Origin: Chrysomallon squamiferum
Lineage: Eukaryota > Animalia > Mollusca
DNA length: 64,000 nt
NCBI GenBank assembly: GCA_012295275.1
Contig: CM022674.1
Location: 17,608,001 to 17,672,000 of the forward strand
Direction of reading: 5' to 3'
Shown piece by piece: positions 11,717 to 22,951 of this stretch. A model generated the notes under the pieces. It was not told the origin of the DNA and did not search any database. It saw only the letters and a list, made by a program, of their open reading frames with translations. Both the position numbers and the translations under genes were made by a program. Within the stretch, counting starts at the first letter, position 1. Every line of letters begins with the position of its first letter.

Positions 11717-14700
11717 TCAAAATGTATTTATATTACTATCTTTAGCACCGTGCTCCAATAAATAGGAAATAGTTTTGCTTTTGTAACAATAATATCTGTG
11801 TCTCTTAGCTTTGTCAAGAGGAGTTTCACCTAGACCATTTATAAGATTTACATCAACACCTTTTTCAATCAGTGCTGTCACAATTTCTACATTTCCATCT
11901 TCAGCTGCTAAGTGTAAAACAGAATTGTTATCCTTGTCTGTTAAATTAGGATCAGCTCCTTGTTTTAACAAATACAAAAGTATTTTGTAATGCAGACACT
12001 TGACAGCTATAAAAAGAGGAGTTTCACCTTCACTGTTCTTTACATTTACATCAGCACCTTTATCAATCAGTGCTCTTGCAGTTTCTACATATCCATGTTC
12101 AGCTGCTAAGTGTAAAACAGAATTGTTATCATTGTCTGTTAAATTAGGATCAGCTCCATGTTCCAGTAAAACCAAAGCTACCTTTCTCTTATAACAGAAT
12201 GTATTTAGATTTTTAAAAACATTAACTTTATTGTACTTCAGAGCTCTGAAAAGAGCAGTTTCACCTTTCCTGTTCTTAACATTTACATCAGCACCTTTTT
12301 CAATCAGTGCTGTCACTGTTTCTACATTTCCATGTTCAGCTCCTAAGTGTAAAACAGAATTGTTATCCTTGTCTGTTAAATTAGGATCAGCTCCTTGTTT
12401 TAACAAACACAAAAGTATTTTGTAATGCAGACACTTGACAGCTATAAAAAGAGGAGTTTCACCTTCACTGTTCTTTACATTTACATCAGCACCTTTTTCA
12501 ATCAGTGCTGTCACAGTTTCTACATTTCCATGTTTAGCTGCTAAGTGTAAAACAGAATTGTTATCATTGTCTGTTAAATTAGTATCAGCTCCATGTTCCA
12601 GTAAAACCAAAGCTACCTTTCTCTTATAAGAGAATGTAATTCGATTTTTAGAAACATTAACTTTATTGTACTTCAGAGCTCTGAAAAGAGCAGTTTCACC
12701 TTTCCTGTTCTTAACATTTACATCAGCACCTTTTTCAATCAGTGCTGTCACTGTTTCTACATTTCCATGTTCAGCTCCTAAGTGTAAAACAGAATTGTTA
12801 TCATTGTCTGTTAAATTAGGATCAGCTCCTTGTTCTAATAAACACAAAAGTATTTTGTAATGCAGACACTTAACAGCTATAAAAAGAGGAGTTTCACCTT
12901 TCCTGTTCTTTATATTTATATCAACACGTTTTTCAATCAGTGCCGTCACAAGTTCTACATTTCCATGTTCAGCTGCTAAGTGTAAAACAGAATTGTTAGC
13001 ATTGTCTGTTAAATTAGCATCAGCTCCATGTTCCAGTAAAACCAAAGCTACCTTTCTCTTATAAGAGAATGTAATTCGATTTTTAAAAACATTAACTTTA
13101 TTGTACTTCAGAGCTCTGAAAAGAGCAGTTTCACCTTTCCTGTTCTTAACATTTACATCAGCACCTTTTTCAATCAGTGCTGTCACTGTTTCTACATTTC
13201 CATGTTCAGCTCCTAAGTGTAAAACAGAATTGTTATCATTGTCTGTTAAATAAGTGTAAAACAGAATTGTTATCATTGTCTGTTAAATTAGGATCAGCTC
13301 CTTGTTCTAATAAACACAAAAAGAGTATTTTGTAATGCAGACACCTGTTCTTTATAACATCAACTTTTCAGTCAGTGCTGTCAAAAGTTTCTACATATCC
13401 ATGTTTCACATTGTCTTTAAATTAGTATCAGCTCCATGTTCCAGTAAAACCAAAGCTACCTTTCTCTTATAAGAGAATGTTCTTTATATTTATTCATCAA
13501 CACCTTTCCTGTTTTTTTACAATCAATCAGTGCCGTCACAATTTCTACATTTCCATGTTCAGCTCCTAAGTGTAAAACAGAATTGTTATCATTGTCTGTT
13601 AAATTAGGATCAGCTCCATGTTCCAATAAAACCAAAGCTACTTTTGTCTTATAAGAGAACGTAGCTGGATCTTCTAGAAAAATGAACTTGTTGTAATTCA
13701 TAGCTGTAAAAAGAGGAGTTTCACCTTTCTTGTTCTTAACATTTACATCAGCACCTTTATCAATCAGTGCTGTCACAATTTCTACATTTCCATGTTTAGC
13801 TGCTAAGTGTAAAACAGAATTGTTATTATTGTCTGTTAAATTAGGATCAGCTCCATGTTCCAGTAAAACCAAAGCTAAGTTTCTCTTATCATATGACATA
13901 GCTAGGTCTTCTGTAATATCAGATAGTTTTGTTATATAAGACGACAGAGCCGGATATTTAACAAAATTATATCTTTTGTTATTCAGAAATGCAAAAAGAG
14001 GAATTTCACCTTTCTTGTTCTTAACATTTACATCAGCTCCTTTATCAATCAGTGCTGTCACAATTTCTACATTTCCATGTTTAGCTGCTAAGTGTAAAAC
14101 AGAATTGTTATCATTGTCTGTTAAATTAGGATCAGCTCCATGTTCCAATAAAACCAAAGCTACGTTTCTCTTATCATATGACATAGCCAGGTCTTCTGTA
14201 ATATCAAATTTGTAGCATTTCAGAAATGTAAAAATAGGAGTTTCACCTTGATTGTTCTTAACATTTACATCAGCACCTTTTTCAATCAGTGTTGTCACAA
14301 TTTCTACATTTCCATATTTAGCTGCTAAGTGTAAAACAGAATTGTTATCATTGTCTGTTAAATTAGGATCAGCTCCTTGTTTTAGTAAATACAAAAGTAT
14401 TTTGTAATGCTGACATTTAAAAGCTATAAAAAAAGGAGTTTCACCTTCACTGTTCTTAACATTTATATCAACACCTTTATCAATGAGTGCTGTCACAATG
14501 TGTATATTTCCATATTTAGCTGCTAAGTGTAAAACAGAATTGTTATCACTGTCTGTTAAATGAGGATCAGCTCCTTGATTTAGTAAATATAAAGCTATTT
14601 CTGGTTTGTGACATATCAAGGATACATGAAGAGGAGTTTTCTGTTCAGTGTTAATTGCATTTATTTCAGCACCCTTTTTTGTTACTGCTTTCACAACATC

Positions 14701-17255
14701 TATGTCAATTTCACAGGCTGTGTGCAATGCTGAATTCTCGTAGTAATCTGTTATATTGGTATCAGCACCATTTTCCAGTAAGAACAAAGCTATTTCTTTT
14801 CTGTGTGTCACTGCGTTTACAGCTTCATGAAGTGGAGTTTTTCCCTTACTGTTTACTGCGTTAACATCAGCATTTCTCTTTATTAGTGATTTTATCATGT
14901 CTAAGTCACCACGCAGAACTGAGATGTGGAGGGATGTATCTGATAGCAACAATTTCAAACTAACGTTGACACAAAACGACAGTCTGAATGTAATTTCATC
15001 ATCAAACAACTGAATCAATTTCTGATTAACAGCTACATTCACATTAGGATCAGCTCCTTTATCAAGAAGACACTGAACAACACCTGCACTGTTACATATC
15101 ATTGCCACTTTCAGTACTTGACTTTTCTTCCAGTTCTGATCTGCATCATAACATCTCTGTGAAATAAGAAAATTCACTGTATCAGTGGCTCCCCATACTG
15201 CTGCTGCTAAAAGTACTTCATCTCTGTTCTCATCGTTTAAACAATCAGGTTTCAGTTTTACTATTTCTTTTATAACACCAGAATTATTCTGACAAACAGC
15301 AATAATAGCAATGTCTTTCATTTTGTTTATTATATCAATGGTAACCAGTTTCTTGAATGGATGGCTTACATCAACAACTTGAAAAGTCTTTGACTTCCCA
15401 AAATACCAGTTTCTTGATTCACGTCTCAGTTGTCTATGGAACATAAGCAATAACAGTTTAATGGCTTTTTCCTTGATTTCACTGTTGTGTTTCTCGTGTT
15501 CTATCTTTTCAGCTAACAGACATGCAATCTTCATATTACCTGAAAAAATAGAAGCAAGTAAGAGATGTGAACACTCATTCAAACTAATATTTCTTTTACA
15601 CTGTAACAGTTCTTTGAGTATGGCAGCACTGTCTGTTTTTGAAGAAACAGCTGCATGCAATGTGTCAATTGTTGGAATAACACCTGATTTTAGCAACATT
15701 CTCACAACATCTTCATCACCAAACAAACAAGAAATATTCAAAAGTTCATTTTTCAGATTTGTTAATTTCATTTTACACAGATATTCAGTGAAAAATCTTA
15801 ACAATGTTCTTAATCCCTTCAAAATAAACTCACTTAGAACACATGATGAAATTTTTAAATGTGTTGTAGCAACATAACACATGGGAATAAAATAACTGTC
15901 AAGAACAGATAAAGTATTGCTAAATATTTCATCAAGCTTGTCTACATTTATAGATGATATACACAAATATTCATGTTGATGTTTATGTAGTTGTTGATGC
16001 AGTATGTCAGACAATTTATCATTAAAGTACTTTTCCTCTATGAGATACTTCACAAACTCTTCATCTTTCAATGATGGATGTGAAATAATGTCTGCAGCAT
16101 TGCTTGATGCCAACAAGTCAGTAAATCTCTGAGCAAGGACATCAAAGCAGTTAGGTTTCACAGTCATTGTAATGTGACTTTTGTTAGACACTCCAGGCGT
16201 CACAACATATTCTAACAACATGGGGACAGGACACATTTCTAGCAACTGTGCTGCTTTCTTTGGAAATTCTGATGAAAACATCAGAAACAATGAGTCAAAC
16301 ACTGACTGGTGAATAAATGTATATTTATTGTCAGAACACTTCAGATAGGTACCACACATTTCATCAGCTGTTTTCTTTATGTCTGTGAGATCAGTGTTTT
16401 TTACACTCCGACAGACTCGCTCTAGCTGTCTTACTAATTTCATTATGTCACTGTCAGTGTCATTTTCAAATGGGTCCAGTGAATCAATGCTGAGACTGTC
16501 TTGCTGGAACAAGATCAGCAGTAGAACCAGGTAATTGATCTGTGAAGCTTTATCATTTTTCAAATTTTCCAGTTGTTGTCTGAGATATTCGACAGGTTTC
16601 TCAAAAAACTTAACTCCTCTTTTCTGTGCATCACTTGAATTAACATAATACACACATACCTGAGGAAATCCTAACTTTGTACATGAACAACAAATGATAG
16701 TCCATTTATCATCTTCATGCATTGTAACATTCTTTTGTTCAAGATACTTGTTTAGAATTTTTAACTTTTCATAATAATTCAGGCAACATTCATTGCTCTG
16801 CAGGTCAAGGATATGATTTTCATTGAACAGATCAAATTCCTTCAGACTGGCTATAATTTCTGTAAATATTTGTTTTCTTAAAGTAATAATACATCTCACA
16901 CACTTGTCTTTAACAAGACTCCAAACCTCTGGAAATAGCTGTTTCCAGCATGACACAAAATCTAATACAAGATTAGTTTTACCAAATATGTCATCAATGA
17001 GAACAATACATGGTTTATCTTTAGACACAGGAATGTATTTGAAATCAGAGTGATGAGTCACGATGTAAGAGTCTATTTTTTCTTCTTTCTCTATCTGTTT
17101 AATCATGTTCAGACCTAGAGTTGTCTTTCCTGAACCTGGACATCCTACTACAACCACAACACCATTCTTTTTCAAAAGTGTTACACCTCTTTCTTCTGCT
17201 CTTGTTTCAACATAGACTCTCCTGTCAACTGAGTTTAACTGTGACCTGGTAGACT
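11717..17255 (-). CDS. Giant terminal exon of the NLR-like gene: nSTAND3-type STAND NTPase + ankyrin repeat array; frame broken at about 13250-13520
   Basis: Acceptor tacag| at 17256-17258; YVETRA...VVVVGCPGSGKT (Walker A), IVLIDDIFG (Walker B), IITLR, GFPQVC, FIHQSVFD; then more than 25 ankyrin repeats (GETPL/NSVLHLAA...GADVN) across ORFs 13456-17175 and 11717-13276. Confidence 0.92.
11800..13250 (-). repeat. 435-bp coding tandem repeat (4 ankyrin repeats, 145 aa), about 3.3 copies
   Basis: Matching motifs recur at 12000/12435/12870 and 12231/12666. Confidence 0.93.
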
Positions 17256-17549
17256 CTGTATCACAACATTAAAAGAAATAATATCTATTATTAACACATT
17301 TTAAATATATTTTACTATTAAAATATAGATAATATAATTTGTAACTAGTCATCAGATGTGAAATTTTTAAAATAAAGCAGCAGATTTTTTGTTATAATTT
17401 TAGTTCATCAAAATTTAATGACAATACCATATCACAGTTTTAGATGGTGTGAAAGTAACATAATGATTATCTTCTTATAAATTAACATCTTACAGAAGTA
17501 AAATTAAACACAAAAAAAAACAATAAAATTAAAAAACAAAAAAAAATAC

Positions 17550-17582
17550 CTTTGATATGGGATGTTCGTCCATCAGTCTTTG
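17550..17582 (-). CDS. 33-bp micro-exon of the NLR-like gene (TKTDGRTSHIK)
   Basis: tttcag| acceptor, |gtattt donor, phase 1-1, open frame. Confidence 0.6.
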
Positions 17583-17825
17583 CTGAAATAATATAAAAAT
17601 AAAACAAGTTTATATTACTGATGCTGAGTAAAAGAGAATGATTAAAGTGAATTGTACAGTAACTCTGTACTCCATCCATGGAACAGTCAACATATAGCAT
17701 TATTATTATATCTTTCTGATATATTTTAATATAATTATTTCTACTAGTATTAAAACTACTGCTGTTGTTTTTTCTCACTATTGTTACTTAGTTATTGTTA
17801 TTGTTCATATTATTATTATTATTAT

Positions 17826-17857
<32 letters not shown>

Positions 17858-18934
17858 TTATGTTCTTTACTGATTTTCAGTAGTTGCAAGTGATAATAAT
17901 GGCAGATGTATTGGCTAGTTTAATTTATGCAGAATTCTCTTAATAAAAAAATCTAGATAAGATTAATGATACTTATAATGTGTGTGTGTGTGTGTGTGTG
18001 TGTCTGTATGTGTGTGTGTGTGTGTGTTTGGGTGGGATGTCATAAGCACACATGTCAAAATGCGCCAACAAAACTGCGCTGGCGTAACATTTGTTATTAT
18101 TGTTGTTATTCTAATTATTATTTTACAAAGATTAACAAATCATAAACTTCAAACATTTAGTTCCAAATTATAAGCACTCCTGGGTAGTCCATGACTTTAG
18201 TTTCTTCAAATTGTCCAGTGGGAGTTAGGAAGCCAGCTTTGGATCTCACAGATTTAGGAAATGTTTAACTTACTCCTTGGCCAGCATTAACATGTGTTAT
18301 GACATTTTCCATATGGAACTGTTCTAACCTGATTGCTTCAGGATTAAATTGTTCAATTTCACAACTTACAAGCATTATTTCTCAGATCCACATGTAGATC
18401 ATACACTGCACACAGTATGAATAAAATGTGTCATTTGTTAGTATTATTGAATAAAACAATGTTTTAAAAAATGTGTAAAATTCTTTATATTAAATGTAAC
18501 TTTTTGCGTTTTTATATATATATATATATATTAATGAGTATTTTGATGCATATTCTAATAAACAGGAAGGCAAAACAGAAGTTTCTGTTTTTGACTTGTC
18601 AGTTAAATATTTTTTGTCTCATAATAGAACATTTCTAAAGTGAGATATATCTTAGTCACTCAGGCCAATGTTGTTGATGTGATGAATGGCAGTTTAATTT
18701 TATCCATGAACAATCTATCATTCAGCATAGCACAAAATGTTGTAGAATCCTCATGTGAACTAAATGGTCGTTCACACAATTTGTGCACTCATGGTAGTGG
18801 GTAGGCATATATGTGTGTATGTATTATGTCTGTGTTTGTTATGTGTTGGTCATACTTTTTGATGGTAAAATACTACCGATTAATGTGACATATATTTCTG
18901 TTATCGATTAAGAATGTTTTGATTTTTAACTTAC

Positions 18935-19021
18935 TGGTTTTCACAGCTTCATCTCCTGATACACTACTTCTGTTACTTGATAGATTTGTATCTGTTCTCA
19001 TATTTACATTACATTCTACCA
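18935..19021 (-). CDS. Exon of the NLR-like gene (VECNVNMRTDTNLSSNRSSVSGDEAVKT)
   Basis: ttgcag|...|gtaagt, 87 bp, phase 1-1, open. Confidence 0.75.
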
Positions 19022-19649
19022 CTGCAAAAAGAAAAAGAAGTTATTTAAAGTCAGAGCCTACAAGTGTTATTTCTAAAACTGTCTGTACCTACATGAAGAG
19101 CATACAGTATCAAAAATCTGTGTGTATGTGTATGTGTGTATGTGTGTGTGTGTTTTTGCATATATCAACAGCTATTTCTAAAACATGCATATTGACATAA
19201 GATAATGAAAATGACAATTTTAGAAGCAGTTTCTAAAAACAAAGGTGAGAAAAATATCTAACTGCAGAGAATAGCACATCCCAGAATACTTGGACAATGT
19301 ATTGGTTGCTGGTTGAGATAGGTCACATATGATAAGTGGGCTTTGTGTTCTGGGCAACATTAATGGGTTCAAGAAATTTAGTCAGTGTTTAATTTAATGA
19401 AAAATAAGTAATTTTGATAAGGTAAAATTTAGCTATGTAGTTGCTAGAGGTCAGCACTGTAGTAAAATGACTTCTAAATAATTACTGAGTGAGATTGGTG
19501 ATGTCAAGTTGTCAGTTAATGAATCATGTTTTAAGTGTGTAGTTCACTGCTGTTTTATGATACACCCAGTAAGATCATGTGCACCAAAACACGATACAAT
19601 TTCCATCAACTTTACAAATACGCATACACACATATATGCATACACACAC

Positions 19650-19697
<48 letters not shown>

Positions 19698-20000
19698 CCA
19701 TATATTTACATACATATACACATATACATACATATAAATATATACATATACATACATACATATTCAATGCATACACACATGCATACGCAGCCACACACAT
19801 ACATACATACATTCTTCTCCGTACTTTAATCCTAAAGTTTATGACAGTAAAGTCATTGTCATTGTCATTGTGACACTTGTAAAGAAAACTTGTTGTGGCA
19901 CTTTATCATAACACAATCTCATAGAAAGCCAGTCATCAACAATGAAATGTCCAACTATGTATATAAAACATACAAAATATGTAACATGTATGTGTGTGTA

Positions 20001-20031
<31 letters not shown>

Positions 20032-20176
20032 GTTAGAACATACAAACCAAACTCTTAAGTACACAAAGTACATACACTATTATTAACTATATAAAAATTA
20101 GGATCTTTACTTTTGTGTACTAGAAGATATTTTCCTAAGATTTTTCCTCTCTTTCTTTCTGTTATTTTTATTATTA

Positions 20177-20230
<54 letters not shown>

Positions 20231-20742
20231 AAGTTTTAATTTATTATTCTTTATTATCACTGTATATAGTAACAGAATAAAATGAAAAACACTGACTATT
20301 ACACTAATATTATTGAAATTGACTTAATTAGTCCTTCAGCTATAACAACCAGATGTGCAACAAATAAGAGACAAACACCATTTGTCCATTTTCATCCAAA
20401 ACAACAATAAAATACAAAATAAAAAACTACTTTTCATTTTGGATGCTTGTCCATCAGTAAAGATTATAAAAATAAAACAAGTTTATATTACTGATGATGA
20501 GTAAAAGAAAATGATTAAAGTGACCTGTACAGTTATTCATGGAAGTGTCAACATATAACATTATTATTATCTCTTTCTGATTTATTTTACTATAATTATT
20601 ACTACTAGTATTAAAACTACTGCTGTTGTTTTCTCTCACTACTGTTATTTAGTTATTATTGTTTATATTATTATTATTATTACACACACACATATATATA
20701 TATGTATATACATATATAGATATAAACATATACATAAATATA

Positions 20743-20773
<31 letters not shown>

Positions 20774-20781
20774 TTACAAAT

Positions 20782-20822
<41 letters not shown>

Positions 20823-21190
20823 TACCATCTCAGTGTACATGTACTTCTTAATTCTATGATATAAAATTCCTGAATGTTTCGGCAAATTATTGATTAGGTA
20901 TTCTATTGAAATGCTACTTATGAATGTTAACAGTTTTTCTTAGCAAATGTGTTTCTTGTGATGACATGGTGACATCAATATTAAAAACTGCTTCAACATC
21001 AAAATACATGCAATGTCAATGCCATATAAGGTTCATCTTTCTGAAAAAAATAGACTTGTCTCCTTTATCATAAGTGGGTCACATCTGTGGATGTTGTTCA
21101 TTAAACAGTGTCTGAGAGAAAAGCACTAATGTGTATTCTCTTATATATTAAACATGTACAGAAAAAGAAAACTTTCACTTTTCAACTTAC

Positions 21191-21277
21191 TAGTTAAATT
21201 GTTTTCAGCTCCTATTTGAAAATGTTGACAGTCATGTATGTTTACTGTTGGATTTACAAGTTGTAATATTGGAGTAT
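21191..21277 (-). CDS. RHIM-encoding exon of the NLR-like gene (DTPILQLVNPTVNIHDCQHFQIGAENNLT-M)
   Basis: ttcacag|...|gtaagt, 87 bp, phase 1-1, joins in frame to both neighbouring exons. Confidence 0.82.
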
Positions 21278-21799
21278 CTGTGAAACAGTAAATACATTTT
21301 TAAGGACAGAATACAGTATTAATACAATCAATTAATAGTATTATTGCATATAACACTATATCATTTAAAAATGTTTTTAACTGATTATGTGCAGGTGCTA
21401 TGAAATAAGTATTACTTTAAACTATTAAAATGTTTAACAGTAAATACAAGATTAATTATAATGGTCTCGATGAAGTAACAAAACAGTAACTAGAGTGTAT
21501 TTTGCTTTACTGTTTTAATCTGTTGAACAAAAAGGCCACAAAAAACAACAAAATTAATTCATTATCAATGTAACTTTTAAAAGTGTCAATTTACTAATGC
21601 CTAAGAAGTAACTAAACAATACATTGAAACATTGTATTGATACAAATGTAAATAGTACTTTTGTCAGTTTAGAATTTACCATCAATAAAGTAAACACTAT
21701 ATTGAAATATTGTATTATTACAAATATATAAATAATGTTGACTCTTTATAATTTCCTATTAAAAAAGTAAACAGTACATTGAAATACAGTGAGCATTAC

Positions 21800-22047
21800 C
21801 ACGACTGCTTGACACAGGTAGTTGTAAATTATGATCTCTATGAGTGATGTCAAAGGAAGACTGAGATGTGATGCCAGAGAGAGATACACTTGTCATATTG
21901 TCTAAGAGAGACACAGCTGTCACACTCTCTGCAGAAGAAATAGCTGTCACAGTTTCTACAGAAGAAACAGCTGCCACAGTGAACGAAACAGCTGTTGTGT
22001 TAGAAGAAACTTCTGAACTCTCATTTTGGTCATCCATATTGGCTGAG
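21800..22047 (-). CDS. S/T/V/A-rich exon of the NLR-like gene (SANMDDQNES...PVSSSR)
   Basis: tttacag|...|gtaatg, 248 bp, phase 2-1; overlaps ORF 21759-22037; the ATG at 22037 has a good Kozak context. Confidence 0.78.
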
Positions 22048-22587
22048 CTGTAAAAAATAATATAATGATTTTTTATATAGGACGAAGAAACGAAATGTTT
22101 TATTTACTTATTTTATTTACTGTTTTATGGGGTCAGACATAAGATTAAGGAACAGTCAGAAAACAAAAGAAGAAACCCACTGCAGTCACTTCACTATCTA
22201 CTCTGTCTTATTAACAACAAGTGATGTTTCATTTATACCTACCCACAGACAGTACAAACTATTTCATACATCAGGTGTTGAGTACTGCTTAAATGAAAAC
22301 GACTCAAGATTCCATCAGCAGGCATTGATCCAAATATCTAATACAACTTGCACATTTTACTAGAGACCTACATCTAGTACCTTGTATTAATAGTAGCATT
22401 GACTCATAGACTGTATTCTCAATTTCTGTTCTATAAATAAATGCCTGGACATAAATAAAAAGAGGCTTAAATAAATATCCTAATTTTATAAATAGGGGTA
22501 TTTGATTATGTTATTTAGAAATACTCAGGAAAACACAATTTCACAATACTGTTACCTAAAAACACAATTCTAATTAATTAATCTTAC

Positions 22588-22707
22588 CTCATTTTGGATT
22601 TGTTCTTTTTCATCTTTTTAGGGGGTGGTGATGCACTGACTGGGGCAGGTTCTGCCTCTGGGTTCCTGCGTTTCTCAGCTGTTCTGCTGCTTTGCTTTCT
22701 AGTCAAA
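22588..22707 (-). CDS. Basic exon copy A (LTRKQSSRTAEKRRNPEAEPAPVSASPPPKKMKKNKSKM)
   Basis: tttcag|...|gtaaga, 120 bp, phase 2-2, open. Confidence 0.72.
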
Positions 22708-22951
22708 CTGAAACACACAGATTTACTAGTGCTATTCCACATTTTTCTAAACACTACAAATATACATGACAAAAATCAACGAAACAGTTGTCAGAAATCA
22801 CTGTAAATGACAAAACCAGTGCACTGTAAAAAAAGTCCATGAAAATTACTGCTTTCCCATTAAACTGATTAATTTAGGATTCCTGATATCAACTTTTCAT
22901 TTAGTGCATTTTTCAAACTGAAAACACAAACCAACATCAGTCTGCATAGAG

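Noticed and set aside
11717-13276. The 519-aa ankyrin ORF as an independent gene
   Set aside because: It starts mid-repeat inside the scrambled junction and is better explained as the continuation of the upstream ORF
12000-17053. + strand ORFs over the ankyrin/NTPase exon
   Set aside because: Antisense shadows of the real coding strand
22085-22320. Possible degenerate SINE-like repeat (also about 43130-43200 and GC-richer patches at 57590-57990 and 59340-59670)
   Set aside because: Resemblance to gastropod repeats is from memory only; boundaries and class cannot be supported without a repeat library
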